A DNA stretch of 64,000 nucleotides from assembly GCA_040954595.2 (NCBI GenBank), contig CM082595.2, forward strand, positions 1,015,690 through 1,079,689, given 5' to 3'. The stretch is from Balanoglossus misakiensis. Taxonomy: Eukaryota > Animalia > Hemichordata. Every line of letters starts with the position of its first letter. The first letter of the stretch is position 1. The position numbers and the translations under genes were made by a program. Below are positions 1 through 12,900 of the stretch, piece by piece. The notes beneath the pieces are model-generated. The model did no database searches, was not told the DNA's origin, and was given only the letters and a program-made list of their open reading frames with translations.

Positions 1-212
1 AAGACCAACGTACACAGACCACAACCTAACACCAACCTTGACAAATCTGAACAAAATGAAGACCAAACAACCAATGTTTACCTTGACAACATTTGAGTTG
101 TATTGATGACATTCTACATTATAAGGTCAGTAATTTTAACAAATAAAAATCTACTATGAAACAACTTAATGAATATTTACAATGAATTAACAATAAAACA
201 CAGAGTGAAATC

Positions 213-2399
213 ACAGACCCCAAATCTGCTAGCCGCTCCTGCAAGGTCTTGACAAACTTCTATCTTCAAACTTCTAGCACCTGAAATGACTCTAAAAAGA
301 CTAGGAATACGAGAGATATGGTTAATAGATTTCACAGGCATCAAAGTCAGCTCAGCATTTCAACTGTATCATCCGCGGTCACTTTTAATGAATACCGAAT
401 CGTTGGAACTGTCCGGAAGCTCTGGGCTTCCGGAGAGCTCCAACGATTGATCGTTACAGACCCCAATTCTGCTAGCCGCTCCTGCATGGTCTTGACAAAC
501 TTCTATCTTCAAACTTCTAGCACCTGAAATGACTCTAAAAAGACTAGGAATACGAGAGATATGGTTAATAGATTTCACAGGCATCAAAGTCAGCTCAGCA
601 TTTCAACTGTATCATCCGCGGTCACTTTTAATGAATACCGAATCGTTGGAACTGTCCGGAAGCTCTGGGCTTCCGGAGAGCTCCAACGATTGATCGTTAC
701 AGACCCCAATTCTGCTAGCCGCTCCTGCAAGGTCTTGACAAACTTCTATCTTCAAACTTCTAGCACCTGAAATGACTCTAAAAAGACTAGGAATACGAGA
801 GATATGGTTAATAGATTTCACAGGCATCAAAGTCAGCTCAGCATTTCAACTGTATCATCCGCGGTCACTTTTAATGAATACCGAATCGTTGGAACTGTCC
901 GGAAGCTCTGGGCTTCCGGAGAGCTCCAACGATTGATCGTTACAGACCCCAATTCTGCTAGCCGCTCCTGCATGGTCTTGACAAACTTCTATCTTCAAAC
1001 TTCTAGCACCTGAAATGACTCTAAAAAGACTAGGAATACGAGAGATATGGTTAATAGATTTCACAGGCATCAAAGTCAGCTCAGCATTTCAACTGTATCA
1101 TCCGCGGTCACTTTTAATGAATACCGAATCGTTGGAACTGTCCGGAAGCTCTGGGCTTCCGGAGAGCTCCAACGATTGATCGTTACAGACCCCAATTCTG
1201 CTAGCCGCTCCTGCATGGTCTTGACAAACTTCTATCTTCAAACTTCTAGCACCTGAAATGACTCTAAAAAGACTAGGAATACGAGAGATATGGTTAATAG
1301 ATTTCACAGGCATCAAAGTCAGCTCAGCATTTCAACTGTATCATCCGCGGTCACTTTTAATGAATACCGAATCGTTGGAACTGTCCGGAAGCTCTGGGCT
1401 TCCGGAGAGCTCCAACGATTGATCGTTACAGACCCCAATTCTGCTAGCCGCTCCTGCAAGGTCTTGACAAACTTCTATCTTCAAACTTCTAGCACCTGAA
1501 ATGACTCTAAAAAGACTAGGAATACGAGAGATATGGTTAATAGATTTCACAGGCATCAAAGTCAGCTCAGCATTTCAACTGTATCATCCGCGGTCACTTT
1601 TAATGAATACCGAATCGTTGGAACTGTCCGGAAGCTCTGGGCTTCCGGAGAGCTCCAACGATTGATCGTTACAGACCCCAATTCTGCTAGCCGCTCCTGC
1701 ATGGTCTTGACAAACTTCTATCTTCAAACTTCTAGCACCTGAAATGACTCTAAAAAGACTAGGAATACGAGAGATATGGTTAATAGATTTCACAGGCATC
1801 AAAGTCAGCTCAGCATTTCAACTGTATCATCCGCGGTCACTTTTAATGAATACCGAATCGTTGGAGCTGTCCGGAGGCTCTGGGCTTCCGGAGAGCTCCA
1901 ACGATTGATCGTTACAGACCCCAATTCTGCTAGCCGCTCCTGCATGGTCTTGACAAACTTCTATCTTCAAACTTCTAGCACCTGAAATGACTCTAAAAAG
2001 ACTAGGAATACGAGAGATATGGTTAATAGATTTCACAGGCATCAAAGTCAGCTCAGCATTTCAACTGTATCATCCGCGGTCACTTTTAATGAATACCGAA
2101 TCGTTGGAGCTGTCCGGAAGCTCTGGGCTTCCGGAGAGCTCCAACGATTGATCGTTACAGACCCCAATTCTGCTAGCCGCTCCTGCATGGTCTTGACAAA
2201 CTTCTATCTTCAAACTTCTAGCACCTGAAATGACTCTAAAAAGACTAGGAATACGAGAGATATGGTTAATAGATTTCACAGGCATCAAAGTCAGCTCAGC
2301 ATTTCAACTGTATCATCCGCGGTCACTTTTAATGAATACCGAATCGTTGGAGCTGTCCGGAAGCTCTGGGCTTCCGGAGAGCTCCAGCGATTAATCAAG
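213..2399. repeat. Tandem array of 9 near-identical 243-bp units, followed by a degenerate partial unit to ~2475
   Basis: ACAGACCCC starts recur at 213, 456, 699... (period 243), matching the 243-bp periodicity of the ORF track. Only a few SNPs separate the units. Each unit contains a 51-nt hairpin (first at 398-448). Confidence 0.97.
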
Positions 2400-2619
2400 T
2401 TAAATTACAGACCCCAATTCTGCTTTGCTTCTCCCATCTTCAAACTTCCAGTACCTGAAATGACTCTAAGAAATACTAGTAATCTACTTATACCTGTAAT
2501 GAAGAATAGATAACTTGTTAAACTATTTGCCGGCTCATTCATAGAGAAAACCTGTATACAATCAGCAACATACATAGCCAATATTCCAACCATCATACCC
2601 ATTATTAACCAAAAACATT

Positions 2620-3967
2620 TTACTAATCTCCTTTGGGAGAAGGGAAAGTTTATTTACACATTTTATATAACCCATTTTTAATATTTTACCCATTCTTAAC
2701 CCAACACACTTTCCCAATCTCCTTTGGGAGAAGGGAAAGTTTATTTACACATTTTATATTACCCATTATTAATATTTTACCAATGATTAACCCAACACAC
2801 TTTCCCAATCTCCTTTGGGAGAAGGGAAAGTTTACACATTTTATATAACCCATTTTTAATATTTTACCCATTCTTAACCCAACACACTTTCCCAATCTCC
2901 TTTGGGAGAAGGGAAAGTTTATTTACACATTTTATATTACCCATTATTAATATTTTACCAATGATTAACCCAACACACTTTCCCAATCTCCTTTGGGAGA
3001 AGGGAAAGTTTACACATTTTATATAACCCATTTTTAATATTTTACCCATTCTTAACCCAACACACTTTCCCAATCTCCTTTGGGAGAAGGGAAAGTTTAT
3101 TTACACATTTTATATTACCCATTATTAATATTTTACCAATGATTAACCCTCACACTTTCCTAATCTCCTTTGGGAGAAGGGAAAGTTTATTTACACATTT
3201 TATATTACCCATTATTAATATTTTACCAATGATTAACCCAACACACTTTCCCAATCTCCTTTGGGAGAAGGGAAAGTTTACACATTTTATATAACCCATT
3301 TTTAATATTTTACCCATTCTTAACCCAACACACTTTCCCAATCTCCTTTGGGAGAAGGGAAAGTTTATTTACACATTTTATATTACCCATTATTAATATT
3401 TTACCAATGATTAACCCTCACACTTTCCTAATCTCCTTTGGGAGAAGGGAAAGTTAATTTACACATTTTATATTACCCATTATTAATATTTTACCAATGA
3501 TTAACCCAACACACTTTCCCAATCTCCTTTGGGAGAAGGGAAAGTTTACACATTTTATATAACCCATTTTTAATATTTTACCCATTCTTAACCCAACACA
3601 CTTTCCCAATCTCCTTTGGGAGAAGGGAAAGTTTATTTACACATTTTATATTACCCATTATTAATATTTTACCAATGATTAACCCTCACACTTTCCTAAT
3701 CTCCTTTGGGAGAAGGGAAAGTTTATTTACACATTTTATATTACCCATTATTCATATTTTACCAATGATTAACCCAACACACTTTCCCAATCTCCTTTGG
3801 GAGAAGGGAAAGTTTACACATTTTATATAACCCATTTTTAATATTTTACCCATTCTTAACCCAACACACTTTCCCAATCTCCTTTGGGAGAAGGGAAAGT
3901 TTACACATTTTATATAACCCATTTTTAATATTTTACCCATGATTAACCCAACACACTTTCCTAATCA
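2620..3967. repeat. AT-rich minisatellite, 15 units of 87-91 bp with higher-order structure
   Basis: Core CTCCTTTGGGAGAAGGGAAAG at 2628, 2719, 2810, 2897, 2988, 3075, 3165, 3256, 3343, 3433, 3524, 3611, 3701, 3792, 3879. Confidence 0.96.
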
Positions 3968-3991
3968 CCTCTTGATGCTTTACAACTAGGA

Positions 3992-4110
3992 CCAATCAGA
4001 AGATCGAATTATGTCACATGTAGTTGCCTACCTCTGATTGGTTGAAACCCATAAGCAGAGACCATGACGTCATCACCGCCAAGCGTTGCTCCTCAAGTTG
4101 GCGCCATCTT
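3992..4110. promoter_or_regulatory. Promoter-like motif cluster
   Basis: CCAATCAGA 3992-4000 and inverted TCTGATTGG 4033-4041; E-box GTCACATG 4013-4020; CRE ATGACGTCAT 4064-4073; YY1-type GCGCCATCTT 4101-4110. Motif matches only. Confidence 0.45.
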
Positions 4111-4883
4111 TTTTCCCCGATAAGGTCTTGGAATTTCAATTTCGGTAGACCTGAAATGACTAAAATGAGAGGCGAACGCTTAAAATATTGAAATATTAGA
4201 AATATTGAAAATGAAATTCAAACATAAGTGGCCGTGGTTCGAATCCGACAAATGGCCAGTAAAGTAACACACGACCCCGATAAACAGGACCGCATATCGC
4301 AGCACTAAATCTTGAAAGTTGAATTTATACAAATGTTTTGAATTCAAGAACGATCTTCGGAAACTTTATAAATAAAACCACATTTTTCATTCTGTGTTGA
4401 AAATTGCGCTAATTATTTGTGGCCAAGCGGGAGGATCACGTTTTGGAAGCAGACAATCGACGCGACGACCACGTGCGCGACATTTCTCCAATTCTTTAAC
4501 AATAATGAAAATGTTTTGAATTCAAAAATAATGGACGAAATTTTTACAAATAAAACCACATTTACATTCTAGGGTTATATTGTAGACACTGCTTTCTACC
4601 TTGCTTGACATTTTGAAAAAATGAACGACTGTTACTGTTTTGGAACAAAACGGGAGAGCTATGCACATTTTTGGACGCAGACGACGTCTGACTTCACGCG
4701 CGTACGCGACGAAGTTTGGAAACTGTTCAATTTTTTGCATAAGGCTCCCGTTAACGCTGACTAAACATGTTAAAGAGTGAGTCTGTAGCACTCACTGCAT
4801 GCACTGGTAACAATTTCAGACGAGATATCCAGAACCAACAGGTATAAAAGTACAAAAAAATAGAATTAGACTGAAATAAATGT

Positions 4884-4941
4884 ACTTACAGAATAGATGA
4901 CGAGCGGCAAGTGCCACATGTCTTGCGCAATAGCTTTTATA
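4884..4941 (-). promoter_or_regulatory. Putative TATA promoter, short non-coding first exon and splice donor pointing toward the repeat arrays
   Basis: Minus strand: TATAAAAG (4941-4934), Inr-like GCACTT with A at 4912 (29 nt downstream), donor GTAAGT at 4889-4884. CCAAT motifs lie upstream at ~5008-5064. Confidence 0.4.
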
Positions 4942-6696
4942 CCCGATAGAAAATGAATAATTCATGAGAACACCTTAAATGGTGTTCATATATTTTATCG
5001 TGATTGTATTGGCTAATCACGAGTATGCTTTTGTAGGTTGGATAAACGCCCAATGCATGATTGGCAATCATGTGTAAAATTATTGTAGCACCCTGAACGA
5101 CGAAACATTATTACATAAAAATGATTATTATCAGAAATGAGAAAACTTAGTCACTACTGTTCTGTGTACTGAGGTCAAATCTTGACATGGATCTATAGGT
5201 CAATGTTTTGACCTGTCCAAGATCCCTTACCATTTCTACCGCATGGTGGCGCTGTGTCATTTTTATTTTGTCTAGTTGTACGCATTTATATTTGTACATC
5301 TTTTGCAAGTTTGCAGAGTAATCAGTCATTAGCTTCACTGTATTTTGTGGAGACATTTTAAAGTAGTTCACTATATTATATAGACATAATTATATCAAGT
5401 TTTGAATTTGTTTGCAGTCAGAGTCAAAATATAATTGTACCCACCCCACTCTGAAGTTTAATCCTGATCTGCATGTTTTTCATTACCCGTTGCCAGAGCT
5501 AGTTTGAGTATTTTTAACAAAAAATTACTAACCAAATGAGGTAGGAAAAGAACTTGTAGATATGAAGCACTCTTGTGAATCATGCTATATAACACACACA
5601 CATTTTTTTTGGAATAACAACATATTAATACATTAAAGCTGTTGTCAGATATCAATATATTTTATTTAAAAAAAGGCAATATACCGTGCACAAAATTGTA
5701 GTCTTGCACATATAGAAATGTGTGTGCTATGGTAATCACAGCTGTTATGGTTAAAATAAAATTATTGATCTGTGCATAAGGCAAAGTGTACATTCTAACT
5801 GGAGGCGTGGCACAATAATAAATAAATCAGGCTACGATGATAAAAGAAATTAAAAAAAATTGCTACAGATCTCGATCAAAGTGATCCAGATATTGATAAC
5901 AGTTACTATTACATTAAGCATCACATCTTTTGCAAGTAGATCATAACTGTATTTTTTCATACTTTTTTAAAGAAGAGTTAAAGATCTGATTTACAAATTA
6001 AATACTTTCTGATAGGATCTAAATCATAAAGAATATGAAAAACACTACAGCTTATGCCGTGAATTAAAAAAAAGAAAAGAAATATCCCATGAACAGAACT
6101 ATCAAGATTAATAAAAATCTGTGCCTTTGAGTCAGAAAACTTCTTGATTAATGTCATCATTAAAAATAATGAAATCATAAATCCAAGATAATTACTGTAC
6201 TCACCAATTAATATAATGTAATCATGTATTGACGTCTCAAATTTCAGTTGAAATATTGAATGCAGCAAATTTTATCCTCAAAGAAAAGTTATAAATAATT
6301 TAACTGCAGCACCATAAGATTTTTACATTCATTTTATATTTCTTATTTAGCTTTTTAATATTTACATCTAGTAAACCTCTAAAGAGTTACAAAATATATC
6401 TTCACAAAAAATACAGCTTGGCTGCATGATATAGAATTACCGGTATCATGCATTTTGTTCTACGTCATTGACATTGAAGTCGTGTGATTCTTAAGTGCAA
6501 ATATCATTGGGTGAGTTATGTCATAATGCTACAAGAGAAATTCTTGAATGAAATGAAGTGTTTGGAAATTAATTTATAAATTCTAAAAATAAATAATTCA
6601 AAAGAGGAAGGGACAAGTGTAGAGTGAAATGAAACTGCGAAAGTGCGGACGGGTAGGTATAATCAAGGTTTTAAACTCTGGCTGGAGATCATTTGG

Positions 6697-6790
6697 TTCA
6701 CCCCTTTCACCCCAGTTCCCAATGTAGAGGTCCATATTTACCAGAGAAAACAATGGATTTGGACTAAACCATGGTGGTGAAAGGGGTTAA
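6697..6790. mobile_element. ~90-bp piggyBac-like MITE
   Basis: Terminal inverted repeats CCCTTTCACC...GGTGAAAGGG, flanked by TTCA/TTAA. Same family as copies at 55702 and 57954. Confidence 0.75.
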
Positions 6791-6931
6791 CATTCAGCAG
6801 TTAAAATCAATGAACACTATAGGACGGATAACGTGAATATGGATCATATAGAAAGTACTCGATAAAGATGACCACATTACTTTTCGGTTTGATGATCATT
6901 TTATTTCCTAGAAGCATCATCAGTTGTCTGT

Positions 6932-9900
6932 TTACATATAAATTGCTTTCACACAGAATGTCTCCTCATTCTTATCTTCTGCATCATTGATAAAGATAAG
7001 AATCTCAGCACTTCCTGGAACTTGGCTTGGCGAAAAGCGGAGACCAATAGTGTAGGTTTCTCCAGCACCGATCTAAAATCATGAGTTTATAAGGAAATGT
7101 AGGACTTCAGTAATTGTAACATTAATGAACCGGTAAAAATCTCCAGTACAGATAAAATCAAATGTCGAAAACTCTCAAGAAAAAAAAACTTTTCTGCTCC
7201 AGTCTCTGTGTAAACACTAGTTGGCATGTGTCAAGACTTTATTGAACTCACCTCAATTCTGGTTTCTTTGAACTGCAGTAAATCATCTTGGTTACACCTA
7301 AGATTAAACACCTTTCTCGATGGATAGGGGTTGGTGTAGGTGATTCGCTATTGCATCAAAAGAGAAGAAAGCAAAACGATTAAAATCTTGAACAACCATG
7401 GTTCAGACCACATCAGAAAACAACATCAAAGCAACCACAGTTCAAATTCATCATGGGTGCATGAGGGCACTAGACTTATGAAAAGGGTGTACAATGTATT
7501 GATATTCTTGACCTTGACTTACTTTATTGCTTCCCTTGCCTCCTCCAACCGGGAGCTGAAGTTCAAAGGCCTTGGAGATTATTGGCTGTCGACAAGTGAC
7601 GCAGATCAACCAGGATCTGATCAGCTGATGATACTCAGTGTCTGAAAGTTGAGCTACGGTCAAGGATGAACCTCAAATCAACACATTTCAAAATAATTCC
7701 AATTTTTCTTTACCATTAGTACATGATATATTCAAATGAAATAGTTCTCATGATAGGCAAAATAGATTTGATTTTCTGTGCCCAGTACTTGAATGAAAAC
7801 TCAGCTGATCAAAAGTGTCTTACTCTACAACACTACAGACTGACAATATTCATAAGACAAGAGATTGCTTTGTTGAAAGGATACCAACAACATTGATGTA
7901 CATGAATTTACTTCCAACAGCTGTGGGTCGAACTCCAACATGGATTTCGTGAACGGAATTTGCTACAAGCATGAAGGCATCAGATGGTGCAATCTACAAA
8001 ACAAAAACCAGTTATCAGTGACAAGATTGTGATAAATGAATTCATCAGGGTTTTTTCATCCACAACACATCTGAAACCACAAGAAATCACATCACAGTCG
8101 AGCAATACTTACTTGCATTTCCTGAGGATGTGATGAGAAGCACTGTACAAGCCTAGACGCCTGCGTTCCCCGCAAGATGAGCGAGAATCGACTCGTTTGT
8201 CCCTCCACTGAACTGACGTCGATCCTCTGCAAGGCGTGGACATAGAATTGCCATGTCTGCAATGGCCGCGATATGAACTGATCTCTGTAATAAAAGCAGT
8301 CAGGGTGATGAATGATATTTATTGCAAAGGGGAAAAGGCAGACATATTTTGTCCTTGCATGAATATCACAGGATCCAAATCAAGATTTATTTCTGTTTGC
8401 CTACCTGTCTAATTTGCAGGATTGAGAACTGTTTTATTTCAGAGGCTTTCGGGCCCTAATGGACAGACTTGTAAACATGGTACAGTTTGTGAAAGGAACT
8501 GAGAAAGAGTTCAGTATAGACAAGTTTCTGTGTACGTGTTTACTTACGCGTAAATTGTCACAAAGAATTTCTTGATGGATGGTGAGGCCCCACAGGCCAC
8601 TTTAAGAAAGACATCTTGAGGCTCTCCTGGTGCCTACAAAACAGGAAAATGGTAACATACATGTGTGTTATAGTCCTCACAAATTTCAGAAAATGTTAGA
8701 GAATCAAGCTTTCTCTGAATCAAAGCATGCATCTTACTTACCACTCTCTTGGTCTCACAGATGACATTTTCATCACTGCATCTGACAAAGAGGCCGTGAA
8801 GTCCTGGCCCACCCACAGGAACACCTGAAATGGAGAACATTCCAAGAATAGTTTTATTTTATGTTATCCATCATCCAACAGGCGATTGCCCAATAACAGG
8901 ATGAAGTACCAACCGCTCCTGGATAAGGGAGCAGTGAGAAGTAAAATGCCTTGTTAATTCACTTACCAGGAATCGACTGGAATGGGGGAAGACGGATCGA
9001 TTTCTTCAGGAAGGACTGCTCCGGATGGTGGAATCGGAATGTTTGGTCAATGATGTGCGGTTGTGGTTCGATGTCGACAGACAAAATGGCGATCGGTCTG
9101 TTGTCTTGGGTCTTGAATGTCACCTGCAGAGTAAATCATTTAGTATAAGCTTGCTTATAATATAATAATTAGCTAAGTGGTCTGTACGCATACACATTAG
9201 ATTTCTGTATTCATTGTTCATCAGTTAATGCAAGTGTTACCTCTTCATGTAGTTTGTTGAGTTGAGATTCAATAAAACCCACCCACCCTACCATCTTACC
9301 TTGACACTTTTGGACTTCAAGGACAAGTCTACTTTCTTGTTATTTTCAGGCATCTGGATTTTAAAAAGTGGTCGGTGTGGGTTTAATGGTCCCTGTGTGG
9401 ACGAAAAAAAGTTTATTAATTATGGGTATGCACTTCATAAACACTCAAACACAGGCACAATACAGTTTTCATACAAGTGTGTGCATTCGAGTGATTATGT
9501 CTGAAACATCAATGTAGGTACAGATATAAATAGTGAAAGAGAATGTTTTCATAGCTCTGAAAAAATGTGAATGAAATTACCTGAGGTTGTACTGAATGAT
9601 CAGCTTTGAAGCTTTGATATTTGAACGGAATATTGATATTTTCCTTTGGACGGAGGAAGACATGAACACCGGGAACTTCAACGTTGCCATCCGTAGTGAA
9701 CATATTCTCTTCCACTGGTGTGTTCGTGTCAGTCAGCAGTTTGTAGTGTCGCCATTCTCTTGTGTCTGTTATCACTCTGTCAAAACAAAGGAAAAACAAA
9801 ATGCTGATTGTGGTGGTGCTCTTATACCTCAAGGGCTCATCACTAAGAGAGAACTGATCAGATTTAGAATAGAACTAGATTGATAGAAAAACTATGTGTG

Positions 9901-12900
9901 ACTGTGAGGGTTTAACATTTCATATGATACAATAAGAATTTAACAGATGTTGTCTTACTGTAAATCTGGGTCTTCTATCTGGATGGACACTGTATGTTCA
10001 ACATTATATGGATTCCTCAAGACGTACTCAAAGAACTCAGCGTGGCCAAAAGATGGATGGATGGTATGCTCTGTGGTTATTGCAGACTGCAACATGTTGA
10101 AGATACCTTCCTGTTTCGACCGTTCCCTACGGGTCAAAGAATAAATCAACACATTGGTTTTTCATCAAGATTAAAGATCAGTTTTCACTGGCCCGGTCTT
10201 GGATTCAATTGCCCATTACTTTTTTTCGACCAAACCATGGTGGTGAAAGAGTTAGAAGTCACAGACATAGGTTACTTACCTGTACACTTCAATTGTCTTC
10301 AGATCTCGTGATCTCTGAACTTTCTCTTCCTTCTTAACCTGCCAGAAACAGAAAATTGTATACATTTTTCAGTTGTAAATTTAAACATTCCTTCAGGGGT
10401 TTTCTGATGTCCAGTTGGTTTCTACTGGTCTCATACTACACAAAGATACACAGTACACAAAAGCAAAAAAATTCAGTGTTACCAGAAGACTAGAGATGAG
10501 TCCATTTTCTCGTCCTTCTTGTTGTCGTACTGCTTGCATTCTTGAGATTTTCCTCTTCTTCACTTCGTCTGCTTCTCTGTTCGAGTCTTGTAGTACTGCT
10601 TTGTCTTTGCGTGCAAACAAGGCAGCTGCTAGCTCTCTGTTCGTATCAGCCATGTGAGCCGCTTTGTAAGTACGTGTTATGTTCATGGTCTTCATGGGAA
10701 CTGATTGGGAAGAGGAATATGAAATATCTTTCACGTAAATTGCACAGGGACTGTAACAAAGTGGCCATTATATAGAGGTAGCCACTAACACATGTTTGAC
10801 TGTATTTGTATAGGTATACAGGATCCCTTTGCAAGTGAGAATGACATTGATTGTTGTAGGCACAATTCCTAACGATGGCACATATTTTAAAGCTTATCTA
10901 CATACCGTTTTGTTTCTGCGGTGTGTGATGAAGACTGCCACCGAGGAAGGACCCACTTCCATCTTCCTCAACCACATTATTCATCCTCCGACTCGGAGCT
11001 GATCCGGGTTTGATTTGTTTGGTGTCCATTGGGTAGCCGATATTTGCCATGCGCAGATGAAGTCTGCCTTTCAGTAAGGTTGTCACACCCACAGGTCTCA
11101 CACTGCCTCCTCTTGTCTGCAATTACAATGGGTGAGTGAATGAACGCTCTGCATATTCTCATAACTGCAGTGTGTTCAGTGTTTTTGCTAAGGCTTGGGA
11201 ACCCCAGTAATACTTCTGCTACATGTACCAACTAATATGACTGCATTGATGTACAAAGGAGTACCCCGGAAAATGACTGGGAAACTCACCAGATCTCCGG
11301 TCAATGCAGGAGAATCTTCCGTGAACTCTGTAGTGATAACATCCAGTTCCTGAGTCACTTGAACTGCATCCCGGCCATTTCTTAACAGAGTCTGTTAAGA
11401 GAGACAATACACAAATATGACATGTCTGTTACTTAAACGATTATTGATAGTGATGCCTTTCCTGGATTTGACTCACAATAATAATTTGACAATTTGATTT
11501 GTGGGCAAACTGATTATGAATCAAGAATATCACTGACCTTGAGTGGCACGGCACACGACCCAATGAGTAACAAGGAATCTCCATCCCACACATCGATGTG
11601 TAATGTTTGTTGATACAAATGACGGACAAACAGTCGACCTTCTTCCTGCTTCATGTAGGCTGGATCTATGGTGTATTTAATCTGCAAAGACAACCACAAA
11701 AGGAAATGTGGATGATATATTCATATTTGAAAGGATCTGTGCAGAAACCTACTGCATTCGCTCATGATGTTCAAATTCCAGGTTGCACCAATTGACATAG
11801 AGGAGAGTACAGCCTTGGTTTTTCAGTCACACAGATGCAAACAATCTGTCCTGTACAGGCAACAGAACAGTGACAAGCCCATAGGGGTGCGCATGGTTCC
11901 TGTAATGGCTGTTCTACTTACTGTGACACCAGGATAGCCCTCTGCTATGGTGCCATCTTTGTTCAATTTCTGCAGAATGCACGGAAGCGAGCTTGGATCG
12001 ATTGACAGAGCACCTTCCACTTCACCCAGATATAACCTGTAGAAAAAGAAACATATACAGTCAAACCTGTGTGAACCGAACTCTGCCTAATCTGGAAAAC
12101 TGTCTATACTGAACACTTATTCCAGTCCATATAGATGATTAGGTGAGGTTAGACAGGGGTTCAACCTATTACTGGTAAATAAAAATCTCTTTTTTCGGAT
12201 TTTGTGAGGAACACATTTATTAGAGTTTCTTGCCGTACCTTTCTGTTGTCACTTGTGGATATCTGTAGAACTGGAATGTGAAGAAAACAGTATTGTGTTG
12301 CTTTGGTTGATCTGCATACTCAAACTGCACCATCCTGAGAGAGAAGAAATGAGAACAAAAATATATCAGATCAAACATCAGACAGTAATGAAATAACAGC
12401 CTCATGCAATTATTATGTCAGGAAGCAAATTGGGAAATATCGTGAACGTGATACGACATGCTTCTTGGACAGATTATAATGTTCCACCACTTTACAGCAA
12501 ACTCGGCTTATTTCAATAGTGTTAATTTACCTCGAAAATGCCAAGAACTGCAAAACAATTTCATTGACTTGTAACGGATCAGCATCCTCTCTCTGCGGAT
12601 TAAACATCACATAGTCGTTTGGATCCATGACTTCCGGAGGTTCTCCGTTACGATCCCTGATTTCTTGGAAGCCCGCTTGGTAGAGTCTGGCATAAGCTGC
12701 CCTAGTCAGTGATGGTCCATTCTGCTGTGTTGGACCCATTGGCATGATGGGAGCATGGACTGGGGTGAAGGGTAACTCGGTCAGATGATCAGGGCTGTCA
12801 TTCCTAGCTGTACTTGCCTGGAAAGCAAGTGGATTCAGCAAATATTATTAAAAGTTGACAATCCTCTTGGATCAAGCAGAATATGGACTTGATCAACGTT

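Noticed and set aside
213-2399. 243-bp array as a hammerhead retrozyme array
   Set aside because: No CTGANGA...GAAA core found by eye on either strand.
318-2513. Repeated 69-aa and 72-aa ORFs on both strands
   Set aside because: Products of the 243-bp repeat; stops in every unit and no recognisable domain.
213-3967. CRISPR-like reading of the palindromic repeats
   Set aside because: The sequence between hairpins is itself repeated rather than unique, no cas genes are present, and the context is eukaryotic.
4230-4257. tRNA-like GGTTCGAATCC
   Set aside because: An isolated B-box/T-loop motif with no D-arm, anticodon arm or A-box.
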